A stretch of 52,793 bases of DNA. Source: Fidelibacterota bacterium (GTDB lineage: Bacteria; Fidelibacterota; Fidelibacteria; Fidelibacterales; DSDE01). The notes beneath the pieces are model-generated. The model had not been told where the DNA came from, did not search any database, and worked only from the letters and a program-made list of their open reading frames with translations. The translations under genes were made by a program, and so were the position numbers. The stretch is from NCBI GenBank assembly GCA_046735395.1, contig JBJKQR010000014.1, forward strand, positions 1 through 52,793, read 5' to 3'. Below are positions 1 through 9,661 of the stretch, in pieces (position 1 is the stretch's first letter; each line of letters opens with the position of its first letter).

Positions 1-447
1 GATCAGGACGGGATGCCCGATGTATGGGAAACAGCCCATGGCCTGAACCCGAATGATGCCAATGACCGGAATGACATCGCCGCATCCGGATATACACAGC
101 TTGAGGAGTATCTGAATGATCTCTCCAGTGACTGGGTGAAGATTGACAACAGCAGACGGCTGCACCCGGAAACTGCGATTCTCTGCGGCAATTATCCCAA
201 TCCCTTCAATTCCTCTACGATGATCTGGTTTGAAAGCCGGACGAATGCTCCCGTTGAGATTGCCATCTATGATATTACCGGCAGGCAGGTGCAGCAGATT
301 CATGCTTCGTCTGTTCAGGACGGCCGGACACAGTTTGTCTGGAATGGCTGCGATGAAAAGGGACGCACTCTTTCATCAGGTATTTATATCCTGAGGCTGA
401 AGAGCGCTGAGAATACAGTATTTCATAAAATACAGCTACTTAAATAA
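1..447 (+). CDS. 5'-truncated secreted protein, probably a PL1-type pectate lyase, ending in a T9SS-like/FlgD-Ig C-terminal sorting domain
   Basis: Frame 1 is open from base 1 (DQDGMPDVWETAHGLNPND...GYTQLEEYLN), a tail typical of Bacteroidota-type PL1 enzymes. It is followed by NYPNPFN...IYDITGRQV...WNG.D..G..LSSGIY...KIQLLK. The catalytic domain lies outside the window; pectin context supports the call. Confidence 0.6.
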   Translation, partial: DQDGMPDVWETAHGLNPNDANDRNDIAASGYTQLEEYLNDLSSDWVKIDNSRRLHPETAILCGNYPNPFNSSTMIWFESRTNAPVEIAIYDITGRQVQQIHASSVQDGRTQFVWNGCDEKGRTLSSGIYILRLKSAENTVFHKIQLLK

Positions 448-469
448 CGGTTTACAGTCAGGAGTCCTT

Positions 470-3400
470 ATGTCTCTGTCAAAATACCTTCTGCCGCTGC
501 TTCTCATTGCGTCTGTTTCAGGCCTGATGGGCCAGACGCGCAGCAGGATTGCCGGAACGGTCACCGATGCTAAAGGCCAGCCCCTCGCCGGTGCAAATAT
601 CATTGTGGTGAATACCGATCTGGGTGCCGCCTCGGATGAGGCCGGTAACTTCATCATCATCAATGTCCCGGTGGGAACCTATGATATCAAGGCCATGATG
701 ATGGGATATGAATCTCAGCTCATGTCATCCGTGATGGTTTCGGCCGACCGGATTTCCAAGGTGAAATACATTCTCAAGCCCAAAGTGCTGGAGGGAGACG
801 CTGTCGAAGTCGTTGCCTATAAATCGGTCATGGACAAGGAAGCCTCGAATACGCAGCTGGTCATCAGTGATGTGCAGATTCAGGAAGCGACGGGTATCCG
901 GGATATCAATTCCTTTCTGACCAAACTGCCGGGTGTGAGCGAGGATAACGGATTTCTGACCATCCGCGGCGGAAGCGCCGATCAGACAGGCCTCATGGTG
1001 AATGGCATGAGTTATACCAATCCTGCCACCGGGAATGCCGAATCAACCATCCCGCTGTCATCCATTGAGCAGGTGTCCCTGCAGAGCGGCGGCTACAACG
1101 CGGAATACGGCAATTTTCGCAGCGGACTTATCTCTGTGACAACTAAATCGGGAAATCCTTCAAAATATGAGGGTACCCTGACTGTGACGGCCGATCAGCC
1201 CCATCTGGGACGTTTCGGGGACAGTTTCTACTCAACTCAGAGCGCCGCGTTGCGGCCCTATCTGGATCCGTCCGTCGCCTTTGTCGGTACGGAGACAGCC
1301 TGGGCGGATAATGATTATCTGCGCCAGCAGTATCCGAAGTTTGCCGGCTGGGACAAAGCCGCGTCAGATTACAACCGGGGCAAGGATCCGGCAGATCAGG
1401 CGACGCCGCTGGATTATTACATGCTCGCAGCCTGGATGCATATGGCCATTCCCGATTACAAAGGCCTGGCCGCACAGGGATATGAAGTTTCAGATGAACA
1501 GAAAGCGCTGTTTGCCGTTCATCATATGGTTGAAGAACACAGCAATCAGAACGTGGATGCAGGCTTCGGCGGACCCCTTCCCCTGATCGGAAGATCATTG
1601 GGAAATGCGACTTTTTACATTTCTCACAATTATAAGAATTATTATTACATCCAGCCTGTGACCCGGAACAGCGAAACGACCTCTACGACTTTTCTGACCG
1701 TCAAATCCAAATTCGGAGCAAAAACCACACTCACGCTCAACGGTCTGCACAAGAATCAGCAGGGAATGAGTCCCATTCGGCCGGCTTCCGGAGATTTTCC
1801 GGACGCAAGCCGGGCCGGCGGATTCATGCCGCTGGACAACATAAAGTACATTGCAAAGAATCCTGACTACTGGTTTGACCAGGCATTCTTTCCCACGCTG
1901 AATCAGACAACGCTCATGGGCGGATTCACACTTAATCAGGTTCTGACTGAGCGCACTTATTTCGAACTGACAGGTTCAGCCATGAATATTCAGGACGGAT
2001 CTCTCATCGGGGATACGCGCGATTCGACCGTCATTACCCGTTTCGGCCCCTTTCCGGTAACGGAAATGCCCTACGGAAAACTGAATGAGGGCACGAATGT
2101 GGTGGACGGCTATGAATACCCATCCTATGATGCTCTGCCCGGTATCAGCCGCCGCTTCCGTCGCAAGGAGGGCAACCTGTACACGGATGTAAACGTGCGC
2201 CAGTACCGGATCAAGGCCGATCTCGTAAGTCAGAAGGGGATGCATCACTATCTGAAGACAGGTTTTGAGTATAACTTTTTCGATCTGAATCACAAACTCT
2301 GGGAAAAGTGGAACGAGAATTACTACAATGCCTATGAATTCAATTACCACCGCAAACCTTCCCAGACCGGCTTTTATCTTCAGGATCAGATCAGTTATAA
2401 TGAAATCATTGCAAATATCGGTCTGCGCTTCGATTATTATAACGGCGGCGGGGGAAAATGGCCGACCGGAGATCCCTTCGCGGATGAAGCCTTTCTGCCC
2501 CAGGTATTGCCAGCGGACTCGGTCCTTTTCAATTACCTGGAGAGCGGCCGCTCCTATATCTGGGATACCTGGGTAAAATACGATTCGCTCCATCCCGGCT
2601 TCATGCAGCCTATCAAGAATTATCTCGCCGTCAGCCCGCGTATCGGCATTGCATTTCCGGTTACGGAAAATTCCAAATTCTATTTCAATTACGGACATTT
2701 CCGTTCCAATCCGCCCTATTACACCATGTATCTCTACCGCTACCGCTATACCAAAAACGGACTCTACGATATGAGTAATCCAAATCTGGAACCGCCGCGT
2801 ACCATTTCCTATGAATTGGGCCTGATGATGAATATTCATCAGGATTGGCTGCTGAAAGTATCCGGCTATTCCAAGGATGTGACCGGCCAGAATGGCGATG
2901 TGACCTACACGAATTCAACAGGTATTAATTACAGTACATGGGCCAGCAATGAATATGAAGATATTCAGGGCATGGAAATCAATCTGTCAAAAAATAACGG
3001 AAAATGGTTCACCGGGTGGTTCAATTACAACTACATGGTGAAGAAAAGCGGCATGGTCGGCGTGGCAACCGTTACCGAGGATAACACGAATAACGACGTG
3101 AGCGGAATGTACGCGGGGAATGAAAGCAGATCTCTGGCTCGGCCCAAACTCAATGCGAGCTTCACTTTCAAGACACCGGGACTCTTCGGCCCCTCCATCG
3201 CCTCAATGCATCCGATGGGGAACTGGAAACTGTCATTTTTCGCGGAATGGCAGGCCGGAGACTATTTCACCTGGAATCCTCTGAATGTTAACCATCTCAG
3301 TGATAACCTGCAGTGGCCTGATTATAAAATGCTGGATATGAAGGTAACCCGATCCTTCGACATATTCGGAACGAAAGCCGCGTTCTATATCGATATCAAG

Positions 3401-3700
3401 AATGTTCTGAATATAAAGGTTTCGAACTTGTATAATGGATATGCCTTCACACGTGAAAGCGGTTCCTTCACGGACTGGATGGATTTTAAAAATTATATGG
3501 CTTCACTGAAGCTTCCCTTATATGACTCCCCAAAATTCGATGTGCTTCGTGAGCAGACGCCAGGTTCTTATCTTCCGGGAAATGATAAAGTGGGGGAGCT
3601 GCGTTCCGCAGCGAAACCCTATATCAACGATCCCAATCTGCCTTTCTGGAACTATAAGGAACCCCGGGATATCTGGGTTGGCCTGAACTTTTCATTTTAG
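470..3700 (+). CDS. TonB-dependent receptor (carboxypeptidase-regulatory-like N-domain, plug, beta-barrel)
   Basis: Signal peptide, IAGTVTD...G.PL.GANI N-domain, plug motifs IRGG and SGGYNAEYGN..SG.I...TKSG, SPRIGIAFPV, NPNLEP..TISYELG, and a terminal aromatic residue (GLNFSF). RBS CAGGAG upstream. Confidence 0.92.
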   Translation: MSLSKYLLPLLLIASVSGLMGQTRSRIAGTVTDAKGQPLAGANIIVVNTDLGAASDEAGNFIIINVPVGTYDIKAMMMGYESQLMSSVMVSADRISKVKYILKPKVLEGDAVEVVAYKSVMDKEASNTQLVISDVQIQEATGIRDINSFLTKLPGVSEDNGFLTIRGGSADQTGLMVNGMSYTNPATGNAESTIPLSSIEQVSLQSGGYNAEYGNFRSGLISVTTKSGNPSKYEGTLTVTADQPHLGRFGDSFYSTQSAALRPYLDPSVAFVGTETAWADNDYLRQQYPKFAGWDKAASDYNRGKDPADQATPLDYYMLAAWMHMAIPDYKGLAAQGYEVSDEQKALFAVHHMVEEHSNQNVDAGFGGPLPLIGRSLGNATFYISHNYKNYYYIQPVTRNSETTSTTFLTVKSKFGAKTTLTLNGLHKNQQGMSPIRPASGDFPDASRAGGFMPLDNIKYIAKNPDYWFDQAFFPTLNQTTLMGGFTLNQVLTERTYFELTGSAMNIQDGSLIGDTRDSTVITRFGPFPVTEMPYGKLNEGTNVVDGYEYPSYDALPGISRRFRRKEGNLYTDVNVRQYRIKADLVSQKGMHHYLKTGFEYNFFDLNHKLWEKWNENYYNAYEFNYHRKPSQTGFYLQDQISYNEIIANIGLRFDYYNGGGGKWPTGDPFADEAFLPQVLPADSVLFNYLESGRSYIWDTWVKYDSLHPGFMQPIKNYLAVSPRIGIAFPVTENSKFYFNYGHFRSNPPYYTMYLYRYRYTKNGLYDMSNPNLEPPRTISYELGLMMNIHQDWLLKVSGYSKDVTGQNGDVTYTNSTGINYSTWASNEYEDIQGMEINLSKNNGKWFTGWFNYNYMVKKSGMVGVATVTEDNTNNDVSGMYAGNESRSLARPKLNASFTFKTPGLFGPSIASMHPMGNWKLSFFAEWQAGDYFTWNPLNVNHLSDNLQWPDYKMLDMKVTRSFDIFGTKAAFYIDIKNVLNIKVSNLYNGYAFTRESGSFTDWMDFKNYMASLKLPLYDSPKFDVLREQTPGSYLPGNDKVGELRSAAKPYINDPNLPFWNYKEPRDIWVGLNFSF

Positions 3701-3708
3701 GAGGTCTT

Positions 3709-5904
3709 GTGTCAGCAAATAATACTACATTCATACAGCCCCGCACGCTGATTGACAGGACCTGCAGGCCAGGCCATGTCAGCATTGTGCGTCTGCTTTT
3801 ACTTCTAATTATCACGATCCTGCCTCTGTCTGCACAGACTCAGTGGGAACTGGAACGTGCAACAATTAAAATCGGCCATGTCTGGCTGGGTGTGACCGCC
3901 AATGGAGGCAAGGGATCCTTTGATTACCGTGCCGGATTTTTCCCGAACGATATGGATATTCTCGGCCTGCGCGGCCAGGAGTATGATGTCTGGGCCGGAG
4001 CCGGATTTACCCTGACAGCCACGGACTGGACGGATTCGATCGATACTGTTCACACTGTTGCGGTCTACGGTCCGCTGAATGATTTTATGTCACAGGGTAA
4101 AGTAACGGAACAGATGACAAATAGCATCCGCTTCGGTTTCCCTTCACAGACAGTGGATTTCACGCCTCTTGAATTCGAGGATTTCGCGGAAGTTAATCCG
4201 GATGAATTTGCCGGGAAAGTATATGATCAGAAAGTGGAAGTGACCACCGAAAATATACTTGGTGTCCAGATTCACCGTCAGATCCTGGTTTCATCCCAGA
4301 CCTACCATAATGATTATGTGGTTGTGGACGCGGAAATGACGAATGTAAGCGCGGATACTCTACATAATTTTTATGTGAATATTCAGTCCAATGGCTATAA
4401 CAGTCTTCGGAGCAATGGAAATAATCCTGCTGTCGGTGCAGAAGGCTTTAACCCGGCAACTACCTGGCAGCATTATTACGGAGGACGGGTCGGGGATTCG
4501 CTACGCGTATTTTATGAATATTCCGCGGATGATCCGGACAAGGCCGGTGATGATATGGGCTGTCCGGTGCTCTCGCAGAACGGACGGCTGATCAATACGA
4601 AATTCCCCTGGTATTCCATTCTGCACGCATCGGAGGCTCCCTATTCAGATCCCTCCGGGGATGTGGATGATTTTCTCCAGCCGAAGGTCACCTACATTGG
4701 AAAGGATAACCTGATTCCCTATAACAACAGCGCTGATGATGAATATTCGTCTGCAAACTTTTCCGCCATTCGCGGCGAATACTCCCTCTATTTTCCCATG
4801 AGCGGAAACGTCTTTCCGGATACGTATCACGGCGGCAACTCAGACGAACAGAACAGCGCCGATTATGCCAGCCATCCTGCCGGAACTCATCAGGCAAATA
4901 ATTCCAAGATGTGGAGTTCCTTCGGGCCCTACACCTTCGCGCCGGGGCAGAAGCTGCATTTTGTCATTGCCTCCGGGTTCAGCGGCCTGAATGCCGAAAT
5001 TTCCCAGAATATCGGAAAAAACAGGCTGAAGCGGACATTGACTGAAGCACCCGGACTTCCGGATGCAACTACAGGGTATTTCCCGACAAATTTCGTATTC
5101 CCCACCGGCGCCAGCGATCAGGATAAGATCAAGGACCGCTGGATCAGCACGGGCATTGACTCCGTCATGCAGAGCGCCAGCCGGGCCAAGTGGAATTTTG
5201 ATCATAATTACGAATTGCCCGCCTCACCGCCGCCGCCGGATTTTATAGAGATCACCGGACTGGGAACCGGCGTCAGTATCCGCTGGAGTGATGCGGATGC
5301 AGAAGCTCTCTCAAATTTCGCCGGCTACCGCATCATGAGGAAACTGTCTAATCTGGATACGCTCTATTACAGCCCGATCTATGATTCGGATACCGATGAC
5401 AAGGCCGATATCCACGAATATGTAGACAAAAATGTGCTGGTCGGCGCTCAGTATTATTACTATATCCAGGCTAAGGCCCGCATCGCGGACGATGATGCCC
5501 GCGCCTATCCACGGAATCGGGGCAAAATTCTGTACAGCAGCAGAGCCATGCAGCCGAATACGCAGTGGATCAACCCGCCCCATTTCACCCAGGACGACTT
5601 ATCAAAAATTGCCATCGTTCCCAATCCCTATAATATCAACGATCCCAAGCTAGCAAACTACAAGTGGACGGATGACCGGGGAATACAGTTCTTCAATCTG
5701 CCCGCGAAAATTGATATCCGCATTTACACGGAAAACGGCGATCATGTCATTACCCTGAAACACGATAGCCCGGTCAGCTCCGGGTATGAATTATGGGATA
5801 TGATCACGAAGAATCAGCAGGTGGTAAACAGCGGCGTATACATTGCTGTCTTTCAGACACCGGACGGACGTACAAGCTACCAGAAACTGGTTATAGTGAG
5901 ATAG
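3709..5904 (+). CDS. Uncharacterised secreted protein with an FN3-like region and a variant T9SS-like C-terminal domain
   Basis: 731-aa ORF with RBS AGGAGG before a GTG start and a hydrophobic signal ending LSAQ. Contains PPPPD...IRWS...FAGYRI...YVD..V..G..YYYYI (FN3-like) and a tail KIAIVPNPY...IQFFNLP...IRIYTENGD.V..L.H...WDMITKNQQVVNSGVYI...KLVIVR. Confidence 0.75.
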   Translation: MSANNTTFIQPRTLIDRTCRPGHVSIVRLLLLLIITILPLSAQTQWELERATIKIGHVWLGVTANGGKGSFDYRAGFFPNDMDILGLRGQEYDVWAGAGFTLTATDWTDSIDTVHTVAVYGPLNDFMSQGKVTEQMTNSIRFGFPSQTVDFTPLEFEDFAEVNPDEFAGKVYDQKVEVTTENILGVQIHRQILVSSQTYHNDYVVVDAEMTNVSADTLHNFYVNIQSNGYNSLRSNGNNPAVGAEGFNPATTWQHYYGGRVGDSLRVFYEYSADDPDKAGDDMGCPVLSQNGRLINTKFPWYSILHASEAPYSDPSGDVDDFLQPKVTYIGKDNLIPYNNSADDEYSSANFSAIRGEYSLYFPMSGNVFPDTYHGGNSDEQNSADYASHPAGTHQANNSKMWSSFGPYTFAPGQKLHFVIASGFSGLNAEISQNIGKNRLKRTLTEAPGLPDATTGYFPTNFVFPTGASDQDKIKDRWISTGIDSVMQSASRAKWNFDHNYELPASPPPPDFIEITGLGTGVSIRWSDADAEALSNFAGYRIMRKLSNLDTLYYSPIYDSDTDDKADIHEYVDKNVLVGAQYYYYIQAKARIADDDARAYPRNRGKILYSSRAMQPNTQWINPPHFTQDDLSKIAIVPNPYNINDPKLANYKWTDDRGIQFFNLPAKIDIRIYTENGDHVITLKHDSPVSSGYELWDMITKNQQVVNSGVYIAVFQTPDGRTSYQKLVIVR

Positions 5905-5915
5905 GAGAGACCACC

Positions 5916-6908
5916 ATGAAAAAAACAGTCATACTGGCATTTATGCTCTGGTCCTCACTGTCCGCTCAGGTGGGCCTGGATAAAATTGCCCAGAGCACCA
6001 TGAATTTTCAGCTTGTTTCGGTCAGCCCCCGGGCTTCTGCTCTCGGGGAAGCCGTCACCGCTTCGCTCTGCGGGCCGGACGCCGCGTTCTATAATCCTGC
6101 CGCGGTGCGGGTTCAGGATGGCCGCTTCGGACTGCTCGCCGAATCAACCCGCTGGATCGCGGATATCGATTATCTGGCCGCATCTGCCTCCTGGAATATG
6201 GGCTATGCCTCCACCATTGCCCTCCATGTGCTGTCTGTTGATTACGGAAAGATCCGGTCAACTTCACTGATTTCACCGGAGGAGCTGCCCCAGTATCCAG
6301 ATGGCTACATTGACAATGGTACAATGAAAAATATCGGCGCCTCATCCCTCGGAATTACCTATGCCCATACCGTATCCATGCAGTTCAGTATCGGAGCGTC
6401 TCTGCGTCTCGTTTCCCAGAGCCTGGGACAGAATGTGCTCGCGAACGGACTGGTGAATAATTCCATTCAGAAAGTGGCTGCCGACGCCGGCGTCCGTTAC
6501 CTGTCATCCGGAGGAAATTACGTGTTTGCCATGAGTATCCGGAATTTTTCCTCGAATGTGAAACGTGAACTGATTTACGAACAGATGCCGCTGCTCTTTA
6601 CCATGGGAACCGCCGTCAATTTGAATAAATTATTTCATTTTGACGAACGGAATAAACTGACCCTCTCTATAGATTTTCAGCATCCCAATAATTTCGGGGA
6701 ACGGATGAATCTGGGTGTCGAATATGCCATGAACCAGACACTCTTTCTGCGGTCCGGGATTCAGACGAACCGGGATCTGATGGAATATTCGGCCGGGGCA
6801 GGGCTGAATGTTCCCCTTGCCGGGCATCATCTGTCCTTTGATTATTCCTGGACGCCTGTGGACATATTCAATCCTGTACATCGCATTGCCATAGGTTGGA
6901 GCCTGTGA
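5916..6908 (+). CDS. PorV/PorQ-family outer-membrane beta-barrel protein
   Basis: Start reassigned to ATG 5916 (RBS AGGAGA; MKKTVILAF...LSAQ signal). Contains F.L.VSPRASALGEA......D.AFYNPA, W..DI.Y and a terminal F..VHRIAIGWSL strand, all typical of PorV-family barrels. Confidence 0.8.
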   Translation: MKKTVILAFMLWSSLSAQVGLDKIAQSTMNFQLVSVSPRASALGEAVTASLCGPDAAFYNPAAVRVQDGRFGLLAESTRWIADIDYLAASASWNMGYASTIALHVLSVDYGKIRSTSLISPEELPQYPDGYIDNGTMKNIGASSLGITYAHTVSMQFSIGASLRLVSQSLGQNVLANGLVNNSIQKVAADAGVRYLSSGGNYVFAMSIRNFSSNVKRELIYEQMPLLFTMGTAVNLNKLFHFDERNKLTLSIDFQHPNNFGERMNLGVEYAMNQTLFLRSGIQTNRDLMEYSAGAGLNVPLAGHHLSFDYSWTPVDIFNPVHRIAIGWSL

Positions 6909-6928
6909 CATCGATCGCCTTAAAAATA

Positions 6929-8140
6929 ATGAATTACGCTAAAATCATTCGACCGCTTGGTTTCCTTGTTTTAATGGGATTGTGTCTGTCATCCTGCAGC
7001 AAAGGCAAAACGGTGCCCAATTACTATGACTGGGCGCTGAGGACGACCGGTTCTTTTATACAGAGACATCCGGATCACATTGTCAGTTATGATGACGCGA
7101 AACAGAAATGGAATTACGAGCAGGGCCTCATGCTCAATGCCCTCTGGGATATGTACGCCTACAGCAGTGATCCGCAGTATTTCAGTTTCATTCACAGCTG
7201 TCTGGACACATTTGTGACCGATTCCGGCATCCGGACTTACAAGTACAGAGATTTTAATCTGGACAACATCGGGCCGGGCCGGGCTCTGATTTATTGTTTT
7301 GAGAGGACCTCAGATCCGAAATACAGACTCGCAGCCGATACGCTCCGGGCCCAGCTGCGCCATCAGCCGCGCACGAAGGATGGCGGTTTCTGGCATAAGA
7401 AGATCTATCCGAATCAGATGTGGCTGGATGGACTCTACATGGCCGAACCCTTTTACGCGCTGTGGCAGAAGGATTTTGCAGCCGAAGCGGATTACTCGGA
7501 CATTATTCAGCAGTTTTCCCTGGCCTGGACACACTGCAGAGATAGTAAAACAGGATTGCTGCGTCATGCCTGGAATGAGGATCACAGCCAGTTCTGGGCT
7601 GATTCGCTCACCGGCCGGTCTCCCCACGCCTGGGGGCGGGCTCTCGGTTGGGATTTGATGGCTCTGACAGATGTTCTGGATATCATGCCCGCAGATACGC
7701 CCGGACGGAGTATACTTCTGAAGCAACTTGATTCGCTGGCTCAGGGACTTGTTCGCTGGCGGGATCCGGACAGTCATCTCTGGTATCAGGTGCCCGATAT
7801 GCCGCTGGAACCCGGCAATTATCTCGAATCTTCGTCCTCCGCCATGTTTATTTACGCATTTGCAAAAGCCGCCCGGAAAGGCTGGCTCAGCCCTGACTAC
7901 GCCGGACTTGCCGCCGAATCCTTCGCTGCCTTCGTTCAGCGCTTCGTGGACGAGGATGAGGACGGTCTGATAACCATTCACGACGCCTGTGCCGGTGCCG
8001 GGCTCGGCGGAAAACAGCGTCGCGACGGATCCTTCGCCTACTACATGTCCGAACCACGCCGTGACAATGACTACAAAGTGACCGGCCCCTTCATTATGGC
8101 GGCATTGGAACTTCATAAATACGGGATTGAATCCAAATGA
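6929..8140 (+). CDS. GH105 unsaturated rhamnogalacturonyl hydrolase (YteR-like), lipoprotein
   Basis: Motifs WNYEQG, NLDNI, GGFWHKKIYPNQMWLDGLYMAEPF, WGRALGW, WYQV.D, YLESSSSAMF and GAGLGG...RDGSFAYY. Lipobox LSSC. The ATG at 6929 is preferred over the TTG at 6896. Confidence 0.92.
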   Translation: MNYAKIIRPLGFLVLMGLCLSSCSKGKTVPNYYDWALRTTGSFIQRHPDHIVSYDDAKQKWNYEQGLMLNALWDMYAYSSDPQYFSFIHSCLDTFVTDSGIRTYKYRDFNLDNIGPGRALIYCFERTSDPKYRLAADTLRAQLRHQPRTKDGGFWHKKIYPNQMWLDGLYMAEPFYALWQKDFAAEADYSDIIQQFSLAWTHCRDSKTGLLRHAWNEDHSQFWADSLTGRSPHAWGRALGWDLMALTDVLDIMPADTPGRSILLKQLDSLAQGLVRWRDPDSHLWYQVPDMPLEPGNYLESSSSAMFIYAFAKAARKGWLSPDYAGLAAESFAAFVQRFVDEDEDGLITIHDACAGAGLGGKQRRDGSFAYYMSEPRRDNDYKVTGPFIMAALELHKYGIESK

Positions 8141-9660
8141 AGCAGCGTCGGAACCAAATTCTGCCGGCAGCATTGCTGGCCCTGTGCCTGCTGCTTGTGC
8201 CCGCTCTGAACCGGGCTGACAAATATAAACTGACCCTGTTCCTGGCCGGTGACAGCACCATGGCCGACAAAGCCCTGAATGATAATCCGGAAACAGGCTG
8301 GGGACAGGTTCTGCCTCTGTTTTTCAAACCCGACATCCGCGTTGTCAATCTGGCCCGAAACGGCCGCAGTACAAAAAGTTTTATTGAGCAGGGCTTATGG
8401 ACTCATCTGATGAGCCTGGTGAAACCCGGCGATTATGTGGTCATACAATTTGGTCATAATGACGAGAAAAGCTCCGATAGCAGCCGTTACGCCCCGGCTT
8501 ATACCGCGTACAGAAAAAATCTGATCCGTTTTGTCAGTGATGTGCGGGATAAGGGAGCTCATCCTATTCTGGCTACACCGGTCAGCCGCAGAAAATATGA
8601 TAAATCCGGAAAGTTCGTGGACCAGCATGGCGACTATCCGGGTGTGGTGAGAGAAGTGGCCGCAGAATTTGATGTTCCGCTGGTGGACATGCACCGGAAA
8701 AGCATGAATCTGCTCACTGAGATGGGGCCGGACCGCTCCGAATCCCTGTTTCTGCGCGCTGCTCCCGCTGTGTATAGAGCCTTTCCCAACGGTAAGTCGG
8801 ACAACACGCACTTCAACCGTCAGGGTGCCCTGGCCATGGCCCGGCTTTTTTCGGATGGGCTGGCTGAACTGAATCATCCGCTGGCTGCATCACTACAATC
8901 ACCAGGAGAAATGACTGCGATCGGAGCCGGAAAAGTCGTGGGCCTGGACACACGGGTCAATCATGAAACGCATACCAGCCCGATCAGCGGTAAAAAGGAA
9001 GCATATCATTACACCTGGGAAGATCGTGAAAATTCGGGCTTCTGGATTTTCGGAAATATTTTCGAAAATGCCTCCGCCTTTCTGGACGGGGTGGACGCCG
9101 ATCCGGATTCGGAGCTGCTCTCTCATCTGAGTGTATATATCATCGTTGATCCCGACACGCCGGCTGAATCTGACCATCCGCAATCCATCAGTGAGGAGGG
9201 AATCAACGCACTTGAAACCTGGGTTCGCGGCGGCGGCGTGCTGCTGCTTATGGCAAACGATTCAGGCAATTGCGAATTCACCCGTTTCAATGCTCTTGCT
9301 GACCGTTTCGGCATTCATTTCAATGAAGATCGTTTTCACAGTGTACGCAAGGGACATCCTGAGGACGGCACTTTTGATAAACTGCCTGATATTCCATTGT
9401 TTCAGGGAGTTAGATCTATTTACATGAAGGAAATATGCAGCCTTTCACTGTCGGAAAACGCGACGTCGCTGCTGTCTGAAAACGGTCATTGCTTCATGGC
9501 CGAATCTAAATTCGGAAAGGGGCTTGTACTGGCTGTCGGTGATCCCTGGATCTATAATGAATACATTGATCACAGACGGCTTCCTGACTCCGTTGATAAT
9601 ATAAAGGCAGCGGAAAATCTGGTCCGCCACCTGCTCAAATCCGCAAAGGCGATACGGTAG
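8137..9660 (+). CDS. CE12 rhamnogalacturonan/pectin acetylesterase (SGNH) fused to a DUF4350-like (GATase-fold) domain
   Basis: LAGDSTMA, GWG, N.ARNGRST, IQFGHND and DNTH form the SGNH set. The C-terminal half (YHYTWED..NSGF, YIIVDPD, WVRGGGVLLLMAND, GKGLVLAVGDPWIYNEY) resembles DUF4350. Confidence 0.85.
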   Translation: MKQRRNQILPAALLALCLLLVPALNRADKYKLTLFLAGDSTMADKALNDNPETGWGQVLPLFFKPDIRVVNLARNGRSTKSFIEQGLWTHLMSLVKPGDYVVIQFGHNDEKSSDSSRYAPAYTAYRKNLIRFVSDVRDKGAHPILATPVSRRKYDKSGKFVDQHGDYPGVVREVAAEFDVPLVDMHRKSMNLLTEMGPDRSESLFLRAAPAVYRAFPNGKSDNTHFNRQGALAMARLFSDGLAELNHPLAASLQSPGEMTAIGAGKVVGLDTRVNHETHTSPISGKKEAYHYTWEDRENSGFWIFGNIFENASAFLDGVDADPDSELLSHLSVYIIVDPDTPAESDHPQSISEEGINALETWVRGGGVLLLMANDSGNCEFTRFNALADRFGIHFNEDRFHSVRKGHPEDGTFDKLPDIPLFQGVRSIYMKEICSLSLSENATSLLSENGHCFMAESKFGKGLVLAVGDPWIYNEYIDHRRLPDSVDNIKAAENLVRHLLKSAKAIR

Positions 9661-9661
9661 T

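Noticed and set aside
5793..5915. N-terminal extensions in the ORF track (PorV from 5793, uxaC from 16578, LKR from 47996, second LiaF-like gene from 35372)
   Set aside because: Most overlap the upstream gene or lack an RBS. Downstream ATGs give proper signal peptides or family-typical N-termini.
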